Source: Mustelus asterias
Lineage: Eukaryota
NCBI RefSeq assembly: GCF_964213995.1
Contig: NW_027590213.1
Location: 310,001-374,000, forward strand
Direction: 5' to 3'
DNA: 64,000 nt
The notes under the pieces were generated by a model that saw nothing but the letters and a program-made list of their open reading frames with translations, did not search any database and had not been told where the DNA came from. The translations under genes were made by a program, and so were the position numbers. Below, one piece after another: positions 48,440-58,999 of the stretch. How positions within the stretch are numbered: the stretch's first letter is position 1; every line of letters begins with the position of its first letter.

Positions 48440-48862
48440 TCACTTGTGAGCTCGTTGGTGTTTCAGCAGCTGGGATGACTGAGTGAATCCCTTCCCACAC
48501 ATACAGCAGGTGAACAGTCTCTCCCCGGTGTGAACTCGTTGGTGCACCCGCAGGTTGGATGATGTTCTAAATCTTTTTGTGCAGTGAGAGCAGCTGAATG
48601 GTCTCTCCTCAGTGTGAATGCGCTGGTGGACCCTAAGTACCTGAGAGCTTTTGAATCCGCTCCCACAGTCAGACCATTTAAACGGTCTCTCCGGGGTGTG
48701 AGCAAGATTGTGACTCAGCAGGTTGGGTAACTGAGCGAATCCCTTCCCACACACAGAGCAGGTGAACGGTCTCTCCCCAGTGTGACTGCGTCGATGAATT
48801 TCCAGGTGAGATGGGAATATGAATCCCTTCCCACAGTCCCCACATTTCCACGGTTTCTCCAT
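48440..48862 (-). CDS. Tandem C2H2 zinc-finger protein, 5 fingers (third degenerate, C->W)
   Basis: [13 protein letters not shown]..; acceptor CTTTTTGCAG at ~49191. Confidence 0.75.
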   Translation of the reverse strand: MEKPWKCGDCGKGFIFPSHLEIHRRSHTGERPFTCSVCGKGFAQLPNLLSHNLAHTPERPFKWSDCGSGFKSSQVLRVHQRIHTEERPFSCSHCTKRFRTSSNLRVHQRVHTGERLFTCCMCGKGFTQSSQLLKHQRAHK

Positions 48863-49687
48863 GGTGCTGGTGTCCTTGTGACTCTCCAGGTTAGACCATC
48901 AATTAAGTCTGACACAGAACACAGCAATGATGTTCTCCCTGCTGAGATGCTTTTTTCAGTTGTGTCACTGGTTAAAGCTCTTTCTTCAGTCTGTGCACTG
49001 GAACACTCTCAGTCAGGTGTGTGTGTATCGGTGCTTTTCCAGTCACACTGATGTTCAAAACCTTCTGAAGCAGACAGGACAGAGAAACATTTCTCCTTCT
49101 AGATTCAAAGGCCAATAGCATTCAGGTCCCAATGAATAGAGTGACATTTAGTTTGAGATTTCTGTCTGTAAATCCTCACCTTCTCATATCCTGCAAAAAG
49201 AATTTACAAAATTCATCAGTGTCAGTACAGGATAGAAATTCAGAACAGACAATTCCAGTTTCTATGGAACATTCTTTCCTCTCTCATTACCCAAAGGCTG
49301 TAAATCTCCATCCCACACACTCTCCCTCCATTCTCACTCTGCTGTATCTAATATTCACCCTCCCAATTCTCCTGAAGGTGCTGATTGAGGCTGATTGACA
49401 GATCCATGCTCACTGCTTCCTGTCCTGGACACAGAGAGCTGGAAATCTCCATGCAGGCTGCCAGACAGATATCTAAATTACTGGACTAAAAATGTGTGGA
49501 ATATACCGACTGGATTCACTTCCTTTCCCTTCAGTTGCTGCAAGTCCCCAATTTCCCCCAGAATGAGAAAAGAAATGGAAAGGGGGAAACATTGATTTCC
49601 TCCCAGATGTTGTCCAGAGGAGGAAGTTTCACTCTGAAGCTCATTGGACAACTTCCGCATTGTGATGTCACAATGGAGCTTTGCCTG

Positions 49688-49760
49688 AATCAGCCAATAG
49701 GAATCACTCTGCTCCGCGGTGACGTCTCCGGGTTCCAATGCGCAGACCCGGGCGGGCGGA
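49688..49760. promoter_or_regulatory. CCAAT / CRE / TGCGCA promoter module
   Basis: CCAAT 49694, TGACGT 49720, TGCGCA 49739; paralogous to 59231-59310. Confidence 0.55.
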
Positions 49761-49771
49761 CCCGGGAGCCC

Positions 49772-51331
49772 CGCACGGAGCCACCAACTAGCCCTAGCCC
49801 CTCCCCGACCCCACCCCCAGGATCGGTGGAGGAGGGGTTCCCCCCTCCAAAGGGTCCACCGCCAGGAACGTCCCGCCCACCGTGAGCCCCCTCTCCAGGG
49901 CGAGGCGAACCGCCCGCTCGGCCTTCAGGAAGAATACGGCCCGGCCGTACATCTTAGAGGCCGCGACAATGGCTGAGGGGCCGACAACCCCAGCCATTGC
50001 CTTAACGCAGGCCTCGATAGACATGTCGGGGTGGGCGTAGCACTTCACCCCGAGCTGCCGCGTGATTAAAGAGAATGGCGGCAGGGCCTTGGGAGCGGCG
50101 GGGGCTCTGGCAGCCGCCACGCCCGCATAGGTGGGCCGAGAAGGCCCTGCCACCGGCAACGCTGGTGATGTCGCCATGGTATCAAGGGAGTGCTACGCCC
50201 ACCCCGAGACTGCCCAGATGCACGGCAGGGCGTATATGTGGAGGGAAAAATAAGGGAGGGTGGGGTAGGTGGGTAGGGGTGTAGGTGTTCTCTCCCCGGA
50301 GTGAGAGAGGGAGAGAGGAGGTCGGAGCAGTGGGAGGGAGATGAGGCACAAGGCCGGTGCCCCAGTCAGGAGGGAAAAATGGGAGGGGGTGCCGGTCCCG
50401 GGGGCAGCAGCAGTGGGTAGGGGAATTAGGAAAAGGCCTTCACCCCCCCCACTGCAGATGGAGAAGAGACAGTCCAAACGCCTTCGCCCCCCCCCCCTTC
50501 TCCTCCAGTTACTCTCTGTCCTCTCTTCCTCCCTCCCCCCGGGGAGAGCGCACCCTCCAGAGGCCGGATGGCAGGCAAGCAGGCAGTCCAGACGGCAGGC
50601 AGTCCAGACGGCAGGCAGGCAGGTAGGTAAGCAGGCCAGACGGCAGGCAGGCAGGTAAGCAGGCCAGACGGCAGGCAGGCAGGTCAGCAGGCCAGACGGC
50701 AGGCAGGCAGGTCAGCAGGCCAGACGGCAGGCAGGCAGGTCAGCAGGCCAGACGGCAGCAGGCAGGTCAGCAGGCCAGACGGCAGGCAGGCAGGTCAGCA
50801 GGCCAGACGGCAGGCAGGCAGGTAAGCAGGCCAGACGGCAGGCAGGCAGGTAAGCAGGCCAGACGGCAGGCAGGCAGGTAAGCAGGCCAGACGGCAGGCA
50901 GGCAGGTAAGCAGGCCAGACGGCAGGCAGGCAGGTAAGCAGGCCAGACGGCAGGCAGGCAGGTAAGCAGGCCAGACGGCAGGCAGGCAGGTAAGCAGGCC
51001 AGACGGCAGGCAGACAGGCAACAGGCAGGCCGGGCAAGGCAGGCAGCAGCTCACCTCCCTCCTTCCTCCCCGCAGGGAGCGAAAAACAAACAAACCCAAC
51101 AAAACAACAACAAAAACCGGGCGTCTCCGTGAGCAAAAACGAGAAAAAAAAATAAAGGTACTCACAAAAAAAGAAAAGAAAACAAACCCACAGTTTCCGC
51201 CCGGCTCCGACCCGGGGCCCCCCGCTACTCGGGCGAACGTGAAACCACTTCACCCCGGAAACAAAGTGCAGGCGCTGCCCCAGAGGAGGCACGTTTCAGG
51301 CCGTCTGAAGCTCAATCTTCACTCAGAGAGA
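49772..51331 (-). mobile_element. Tx1 copy B: 5' UTR and internally deleted ORF1, no ORF2
   Basis: ORF 49794-50177 matches the ORF1 N-terminus and is fused to sequence equivalent to 55780-55850; 28-bp repeat at ~50570-51020. Confidence 0.88.
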
Positions 51332-51458
51332 CCTCTTTTTAGGTCAAACCAAGTAAACAAACTCAAATTAAATCAGGACAAAGTAAAAGGGGCAGCTCCC
51401 CAAAAAGGAGGGGGAACAGCCCGAACAGAAATCAAAATGCAAAGGAAACTTAAAAACA

Positions 51459-54400
51459 TCAAATTAAAATGTGGTTATTAGGGTCAATAATGCACCCCAA
51501 CCCCTGCGGTGCCCAGCGGGCGCGGAAAGCGTCAACCTCGCCCGTGGACACCGCATGCTCCCTCTCCAGGGACACCTGGCCGCGAACGTAGCCGCGGTAG
51601 AGGGGAAGACAGTCAGGATGGACGGCCCCCTCGATCGCCCGCTGCCTGGACCGGTAAATGGCGCGTTTCGCCAGGCCCAGGAGCAGGTTCACGAGGAGGT
51701 CGCCATCCCGACCCTCCCCTCTCCGCACCGGGTGTCCGTAGATCAGGAGCGTGGGACTGAAGTGTAAACAAAACATCAATAAAAGGTTCTTCAGGAAAAC
51801 ATAAAGGGAGTGCAGCCTAAGACACTCAACATAGACATGGTCCACGGACTCCACAAGGCCACAGAAAGGGCAGTCTTCGGAGCCCGTGAACCAGTGAATC
51901 CTACGGTTGTGCGGAACTGCTGCATGCATCACCCTCCACCCCAGGTCCCCGACGTAATTGGGGGAGATCCCTCCGTAGAGGGACCTCCAGCGGGGACCTC
52001 CGCCGCCCGGCGGCAACAAGGCCCGCCAAGGTGTATCCGGGCGACAGGCGAGGAGGCGGTAGTGGAGGGTGTGCAGCAGCAGCCCGCATGGGAAACGCCT
52101 CCGCGCGGTAGAAAAAGGCACGGAGGGCATTTCCGTGAGGCGGCTCAGGCTGTGGGGTACCTCACCCAGGGGAGGGGGCTGAGGCTTTGGGCCAATGTGG
52201 AATTCCGCCCGAACAGGGGAACGCTCGGGCGGGATCCCACCGCACGCCTGCGCCGTCTCAAGTTTGCGTGCAGTTTCGGGGCCGAGCACGACCGTCCTAA
52301 GGTCTAGGATGGCTTTGGCCGCGCGCCGGACGGACGTCCCCGCGCGCTCAGCCAGCACGCGGGGACTCATCCAGCCCGCTCCTCCGCCATCGAGCACGTC
52401 CCCGATTCTGGTCACCCCGGCGTCCACAGCCCCCCTCTCCGCCAGCCACCTGAAGTTATACGGCTGGAGGAGCGGATTCCTGAGCAGCGGCTCTCGCACG
52501 AGAGCCGCTACTCCTGACGGGGGAGAGCTGCGTCGCGAGGCGACCTTGTTCCAGACAGTGAGGAGGTCCTGGTAAAAGACGGGCAACTCCTGCAGGGCGG
52601 TCGAAGCACGCCCCAGTTCGATATGCAGGAGCTGCACGTCATAATTGAGGCCGTGCCACTGGCGGAAGAAATACGTCGCCATGGCACACCATTGTGGAGG
52701 GGGCTCAACGTAAAGGTACCTCTGCAGGGCCTGGAGGCGGAAGGTCGCTATCTGAGTGCGGAGGCACACCAGACCTTGTCCGCCCTCCTCAAGCGGGAGA
52801 TACAGGACCGCAGCAGGGACCCAGTGCAGTCGATTGCCCCAGAAGAACCGCACGAGGGTTCTCTGGATATCGGTGACAAAGCCAGGGGGAGGGGTCAAAG
52901 GGACCAGCCGGTACCACAGCATGGAGGCGACCAGCTGGTTTATGACGCGAGCTCGCGCCCCGTAGGACAGCACTCGGAGCAGTCCTGTCCAGCGACCCAG
53001 GCGGGCGGAGACTTTGGCCTCCAGCTCCCGCCAGTTCGCCGGCCAGGATTCCTCGGCTGGGCAGAGATGGGCCCCCAAGTAGAGGAGGTCGGTCCTGCTC
53101 CAGGTGAAAGGCCTGAGCTCCTCCGGGAGGGGGTCCGTCTCCCAAGGACCGACAAGGAGTCCGGAGCACTTGGCCCAGTTGATCCTGGCGGAGGACGCGG
53201 CGGAGTACACCGCCTGGCATTCTCGCATCCTCCGCAGGTCAGCCGGGTCCGTGAACATGAGGAGCACGTCGTCGGCGTAAGCTGACAGGACCACCCCTAC
53301 GTCCGGTCCGCGCAGGACCAAACCTGACAACCTCCTCCGCAAGAGGCGCAGGAATGGCTCCACGCATACGGAATACAGTTGGCCGGACAAGGGGCAGCCC
53401 TGCCGTACTCCTCTCCCGAAGCGAAGGGGCGCCGTCAGGGACCCGTTAACCTTAATCAGACACTCTGCGGCAGAGTACAGTAATCGGATCCGGGCGACAA
53501 AATGCGTCCCGAACCCGAATGCCCGCAGAGTCCCGAGTAAATACTCGTGCTCCACCCTGTCGAACGCCTTCTCCTGATCTAATGACAAGAAGGCGCCCGA
53601 CAGACCAGCCCTCTGGGTGTGATGGATTAGGTCCCGGACCAGGTGGAGATTGTCATGTATGCAACGGCCCGGGACCGTGTAGGACTGGTCAGGGTGGATC
53701 AAGTGGTCCAGCACGGATCCAAGGCGTGAAGCCATAGCCCTGGCAAAGATTTTATAATCCGTGCTGAGGAGGGAGACCGGGCGCCAGTTCTTGAGCAGGT
53801 GGAGATCCCCCTTCTTGGGCAGCAGGGCAATGACGGCCCTGCGCCACGAAAGGGGCATCTCCCCGGTAGCGACGCTCTCCCCCAGGACCCCCGCGTAGTC
53901 GCTCCCCAGGACGTCCCAGAACGCCCTGAAGAACTCTACTGTCAGCCCGTCCAGCCCAGGGGCCTTGCCCCGGCTGAGGCCATTTAGGGCGCCGGTCAGC
54001 TCGGCCATGGTGGTAGGGGCCTCGAGCCTGCCGACGCCCTCCGGGCCGACCTGCGGCAGGTCCTCCCACAGAAGTCTGCGGGCATCCTCGCTGGACGGAT
54101 CCGGAGAGAAGAGCGAGGTGTAATACTCCCGGGCAATGGCCCGGATGCCCTCCGGATCCGAGACGGGGGAACCGTCGTCGGCCAGCAGCGTAAGGAGCTG
54201 CTGACGGTTAGCCCGCCCTCTTTCCAGCGAGTAGAAGAAGGGGGAGCCGCGGTCCAGGTCCACCTGGAACTGGAGCCGCGACCTCACGTACGCGCCGCGA
54301 GACCTGGCAAGCTGCAGGTCTCGCAGCGCGTCCTTCTTCTCCCTGTACTCCGAACGCAGGGCCGGGTCCGCGTCAGGCCGACTGAGACGTGCCTCCAGGT

Positions 54401-55352
54401 CGAGCACCTCCTTCTCCAACTCCTCGAGCCTGGATTTCCGCCTCTTTGTCGACCCCCTCGCGTACCCCTGACAGAAGGTACGGACGTGAGTCTTGCCCAC
54501 ATCCCACCAGAGCCTCAAGGAGGGGAAGCCTCCCCGCTTCCTTCTCCAGCCGGCCCAGAATCGACGGAACGAGTCCAGGAAGCGCTCGTCCTCCAGCAGC
54601 GTGTTGTTAAAGTGCCAGTACGCGGACCCCCGCCGGATGCGAGACGGCGCAAAGTCCGCCCACACCAGGCTGTGGTCCGTGCTCGACACCGGCCGCATGG
54701 AGACAGAGGACATGCCGGACACGTGCGCCTTCGAAATGTAAAGGCGGTCGAGCCTGGACGCTCCGACTCCAGGCCTCACGAAAGTGAAGGCGCTGGAGCC
54801 AGGATGGAGATGTCTCCAGACGTCCACCAAGTCGTGGGACCCGATCAGGTCCCGCAACTTCACCACCGCCAGAGTGCGCAGCCAGGGGCCGGTGCGGTCC
54901 CGTGCCTCGAGGAGGCAGTTGAAATCTCCCCCGAGGATAATGCATTCGCCCCCCGCGATGGTGTCGATGTGAGCGGACACTTTCTCGTAGAAAGTCGTTT
55001 GCTGCGGTCCAGCGGTCGGGGCGTAGACATTCAGCAAGTGAATGACCACGCCCCCCTCACGGACCGTCAAGTGCAGCAACCGGCCTGGCACCGGCTCCTT
55101 GACCCCCAAGATCTCCGGCTTATAATGCGGGGCCAACAAGATAGCCACCCCGCAAGAAGCGAGCGTGAGGTGGCTCATGTAGACCCCCCCTCGCCACTCC
55201 AGGAGCCATTGGGCTTCGTCTCCCGGAACGGTGTGGGTTTCCTGCAGGAAACACACCGCATACTTCCCGTCACGGAGGACCGAGAAGTTCTGGAACCTGC
55301 GGTGTGGCCCACTGCTGCCGTTGATGTTGAGGCTGGCTATGGTCACCTTCAT
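51459..55352 (-). CDS. Tx1 ORF2: APE endonuclease, reverse transcriptase, C-terminal CCHC (1297 aa, intact)
   Basis: LQETH, GGDFN, RLDR, STDH; RQGCPLS, YADD; CPFC..DHVYVEC. Confidence 0.95.
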   Translation of the reverse strand: MKVTIASLNINGSSGPHRRFQNFSVLRDGKYAVCFLQETHTVPGDEAQWLLEWRGGVYMSHLTLASCGVAILLAPHYKPEILGVKEPVPGRLLHLTVREGGVVIHLLNVYAPTAGPQQTTFYEKVSAHIDTIAGGECIILGGDFNCLLEARDRTGPWLRTLAVVKLRDLIGSHDLVDVWRHLHPGSSAFTFVRPGVGASRLDRLYISKAHVSGMSSVSMRPVSSTDHSLVWADFAPSRIRRGSAYWHFNNTLLEDERFLDSFRRFWAGWRRKRGGFPSLRLWWDVGKTHVRTFCQGYARGSTKRRKSRLEELEKEVLDLEARLSRPDADPALRSEYREKKDALRDLQLARSRGAYVRSRLQFQVDLDRGSPFFYSLERGRANRQQLLTLLADDGSPVSDPEGIRAIAREYYTSLFSPDPSSEDARRLLWEDLPQVGPEGVGRLEAPTTMAELTGALNGLSRGKAPGLDGLTVEFFRAFWDVLGSDYAGVLGESVATGEMPLSWRRAVIALLPKKGDLHLLKNWRPVSLLSTDYKIFARAMASRLGSVLDHLIHPDQSYTVPGRCIHDNLHLVRDLIHHTQRAGLSGAFLSLDQEKAFDRVEHEYLLGTLRAFGFGTHFVARIRLLYSAAECLIKVNGSLTAPLRFGRGVRQGCPLSGQLYSVCVEPFLRLLRRRLSGLVLRGPDVGVVLSAYADDVLLMFTDPADLRRMRECQAVYSAASSARINWAKCSGLLVGPWETDPLPEELRPFTWSRTDLLYLGAHLCPAEESWPANWRELEAKVSARLGRWTGLLRVLSYGARARVINQLVASMLWYRLVPLTPPPGFVTDIQRTLVRFFWGNRLHWVPAAVLYLPLEEGGQGLVCLRTQIATFRLQALQRYLYVEPPPQWCAMATYFFRQWHGLNYDVQLLHIELGRASTALQELPVFYQDLLTVWNKVASRRSSPPSGVAALVREPLLRNPLLQPYNFRWLAERGAVDAGVTRIGDVLDGGGAGWMSPRVLAERAGTSVRRAAKAILDLRTVVLGPETARKLETAQACGGIPPERSPVRAEFHIGPKPQPPPLGEVPHSLSRLTEMPSVPFSTARRRFPCGLLLHTLHYRLLACRPDTPWRALLPPGGGGPRWRSLYGGISPNYVGDLGWRVMHAAVPHNRRIHWFTGSEDCPFCGLVESVDHVYVECLRLHSLYVFLKNLLLMFCLHFSPTLLIYGHPVRRGEGRDGDLLVNLLLGLAKRAIYRSRQRAIEGAVHPDCLPLYRGYVRGQVSLEREHAVSTGEVDAFRARWAPQGLGCIIDPNNHILI

Positions 55353-55380
55353 GTCAGCAGCTTTGTGCCACCGTCACCAC

Positions 55381-57479
55381 TTAACTAGGTGTGTGGGGGG
55401 GCGCTGGCGCAATTCTCACCAGTCCACCCCCCACCTTTTCGAGCCTGTGGAGGAACCGCAGTACCCAGCGCCGCTCTATTTTCTCCAGGCCCGCGGAGGC
55501 ATGCGAGCATGCCTTCACGGACCGGACGAGCCGCGCCAGGTCCGGCCAGCGGCCGAGGGCTAGCCGGATTATGTCGGAGCGACCGGAATGGCTACGGATA
55601 AAGACCCTGAGGTCCTTGGAGGGGATGAGGGACGACTCGGTGGGGGGCACGAGGGAGTCCCCCGCCTCGCTCTGGGCAGACTCTGAAAGTGTCCCCGTGC
55701 CCTCCACCGAGCCGCTGACCTCCTCAGGGCGGTCGCCCCTCGACTCCGAGTCCCCCGCCGCAGGACGTACGGCGGGCGGCACGGAGCCACCAACTAGCCC
55801 TAGCCCCTCCCCGATCCCACCCCCAGGATCGGTGGAGGAGGGGTTCCCCCCGGGCTCACCTTTCCCGGATTGCGGGCCCCCGTGCGACGGCGGCCCAGCC
55901 CCCCCCCCCGCCCCAGACGCTTGGACACCCCCCAGGTCCGGTGTATCCTTCGGACTGAGGTTGGGGATGTCCAGCGTCCAAGGTCGGGACGGAGAGGACG
56001 AGTGGATCGTCTCTTCGCCGCCGTCGCACGAGGACATGAACATTGGAGTGTCGCCCCAGTCCCCCGACAGACTGAAGAAGAACTCCGGGTTGTAACCGGC
56101 CGGGTGGAACGGAACCGTGGGGGCCCCGCTGCCACCCGGCCCCGGAGACTCCTCGCCGGGGGACTGAGGCAACACATGCTTGGATTTACAGGGTGCCTTG
56201 CCCCCTTTTTTCAGGGGACAAGGCACAAAGACAGGTGGGGGCACGGCAGGAGATGACTCACAAGGGGGGAGGGGCACGCAGACCTCGAACTCTACGGTGC
56301 CCGAGGGGCCCCGCCTCTTTTTGTTAACCTGCCCTCGGGCAGGCGAGGCCCCTCGCCCTCCGCCCCTCTTCGCCTTGCCGCGCCCCCCCTGCTCTCCCGT
56401 CACGTCCCCCCGAGGTGGCGGCGTCGCCAGTTTTGCCGGCTCGGGGTCGCTTACCCCCCCATGCTCGGGCCCATGATCCCGGGCGCCGGACCCAGCACTA
56501 GGCCCCGGAGAGCCCACGGGCCCGGCAGATGGTGGTGGTGGTGGGGGGGGGGGGCGCAGGTGGAGACTGAGGCGGTCCCCGAGCCGGCTGCCGGGGTGGT
56601 TGGGGTGTTTTCCCTGGGGGCCGGGGTTCCGGTACCCCCCTTCTTTTTTGTAGGTCCCTTATGGGCCTTTTGGCCGCGCGGGGGCTCCGCTCCCCCCCCG
56701 CCGGCAGCTGAGGTGGCAGCTGCTGCCGGCGTGGCCTCCCCTCGCGGAGGGGCGGATGGTACTCGTTTGGGGGGAGGGGGGGCTGCGGTGCCAGCTGCGG
56801 CCGCCTTGGGTTGGTGGTCGGCGGCCTTGGAGACGGGGCAGTTTTTTCTCACGTGCCCCGCCTCCTTACAGGCATGGCACCGCACACCGTCCGCGGACCA
56901 AAAGACCCGGTACGTGGTCCCCTCGTGGGGGACATTGAACCCTCCCTCCAGTTCCTCCTCCCGGGCCAGGCGGACAAAAACCTGGCGCCGGAAGGAGTAT
57001 ATGTGGCGGAGGGAGGGGTCCCGAAGGCCGAGCGGGATCGGCTGCACCCCGGACCTGACCTCCCCCAGTAGATGGACGTGGGGGAGGAGGAGCTCACTTG
57101 GTAGGAAGGGCGGGACGTTCGATATTACTATCTTGTGGGCGGTGGCCTCCAATGGGTCCACCGCCAGGAACGTCCCGCCCACCGTGAGCCCCCTCTCCAG
57201 GGCGAGGCGAACCGCCCGCTCGGCCTTCAGAAAGAATACGGCCCGGCCGTACATCTTTGAGGCCGCGACAATGGCTGAGGGGCCGACAACCCCAGCCATT
57301 GCCTTGACGCAGGCCTCGATAGACATGTCGGGGTGGGCGTAGCACTTCACCCCGAGCTGCCGCGTGATTAAAGAGAATGGCGGCAGGGCCTTGGGAGCGG
57401 CGGGGGCTCTGGCAGCCGCCACGCCCGCATAGGTGGGCCGAGAAGGCCCTGCCACCGGCGACGCTGGTGATGTCGCCAT
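55381..57479 (-). CDS. Tx1 ORF1 (gag-like, CCHC knuckle), split by a frameshift near a 12-nt homopolymer
   Basis: ORFs 56451-57479 (RCHACKEAGHVRKNC) and 55381-56517 overlap near the G12 run at 56543-56554. Confidence 0.8.
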
Positions 57480-57865
57480 TGTATCAGGGGAAGTGCTACA
57501 CCCACCCCGAGACTGCCCAGATGCACGGCAGGGCGTATGTGGGATGGGGAAGATAAGGGAGGGTGGGGTAGGTGGGTAGGGGTGTAGGTGTTCTCTCCCC
57601 GGAGTGAGAGAGGGAGAGAGGAGGTCGGAGCAGTGGGAGGGAGATGAGGCACAAGGCCGGTGCCCCAGTCAGGAGGGAAAAAGGGGAGGGTGCACCAATC
57701 TTGGGGATAGCAGCAGTGGGTAGGGGAATTAGGAAAAAAAGGTCTTCACCCCCCCCCAATGCAGATGGAGAAGAGACAGTCCAAACGCCTTCGCCCCCCC
57801 CCTTCTCCTCCAGTTACTCTCTTCCTCCCTCCCCCCGGGGAGAGCACACCCTCCAGAGGCCGGAT

Positions 57866-58650
57866 GGCAGGCAAGCAGGCAGTCCAGACGGCAGGCAGCC
57901 CAGACGGCAGGCAGGCAGGCAGTCCAGACGGCAGGCAGGCAGGTAGGTAAGCAGGCCAGACGGCAGGCAGGCAGGTAAGCAGGCCAGACGGCAGGCAGGC
58001 AGGTAAGCAGGCCAGACGGCAGGCAGGCAGGTAAGCAGGCCAGACGGCAGGCAGGCAGGTAAGCAGGCCAGACGGCAGGCAGGCAGGTAAGCAGGCCAGA
58101 CGGCAGGCAGGCAGGTAAGCAGGCCAGACGGCAGGCAGGCAGGTAAGCAGGCCAGACGGCAGGCAGGCAGGTAAGCAGGCCAGACGGCAGGCAGGCAGGT
58201 AAGCAGGCCAGACGGCAGACAGGCAGGTAAGCAGGCCAGACGGCAGGCAGGCAGGTAAGCAGGCCAGACGGCAGGCAGGCAGGTAAGCAGGCCAGACGGC
58301 AGGCAGGCAGGTAAGCAGGCCAGACGGCAGGCAGGCAGGTAAGCAGGCCAGACGGCAGGTAGGCAGGTAAGCAGGCCAGACGGCAGGCAGGCAGGTAAGC
58401 AGGCCAGACGGCAGGCAGGCAGGTAAGCAGGCCAGACGGCAGGCAGGCAGGTAAACAGGCCAGACGGCAGGTAGGCAGGTAAGCAGGCCAGACGGCAGGC
58501 AGGCAGGTAAGCAGGCCAGACGGCAGGCAGGCAGGTAAGCAGGCCAGACGGCAGGCAGGCAGGTAAACAGGCCAGACGGCAGGCAGGCAGGTAAGCAGGC
58601 CAGACGGCAGGCAGGCAGGTAAGCAGGCCAGACGGCAGGCAGGCAGGCAA
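57866..58650. repeat. 28-bp tandem repeat in the Tx1 5' UTR (about 25 copies)
   Basis: Unit GCAGGCCAGACGGCAGGCAGGCAGGTAA (e.g. 57951, 57979). Confidence 0.95.
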
Positions 58651-58999
58651 CAGGCAGGCCGGGCAAGGCAGGCAGCAGCTCACCTCCCTCCTTCCTCCCC
58701 GCAGGGAGCGAAAAACAAACAAACCCAACAAAACAAAAACAAAAACCGGGCGTCTCCGTGAGCAAAAACGAGAGAAAAAAAAAATAAAGGTACTCACAAA
58801 AAAAGAAAAGAAAACAAACCCACAGTTTCCGCCCGGCTCCGACCCGGGGCCCCCCGCTACTCGGGCGAACACGAATCCACCTCACCCCGGAAACAAAACT
58901 GGGTGTTGTCCGAGAGGAGGCACGTCTCAGGCCGTCTGAAGCTCAATCTTCATTAAGAGGGAAGCAGCCGCTTGACCAGCTCCACGTTCAGACAATCAG

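Larger units (their letters stand above)
51332..58962 (-). mobile_element. Tx1-clade (L1 superfamily) non-LTR retrotransposon, essentially full-length copy A
   Basis: Contains 5' UTR, ORF1, ORF2 and a short 3' UTR ending ..GACCTAAAAAGAG, which matches copy C's end ..GGCCTAAAAAGAG. Confidence 0.92.

Noticed and set aside
57746-58885. ORFs of (CLPAVWPAYLPACRLA..)n, also at 50767-51292
   Set aside because: Translations of the stop-free 28-bp minisatellite, not proteins.
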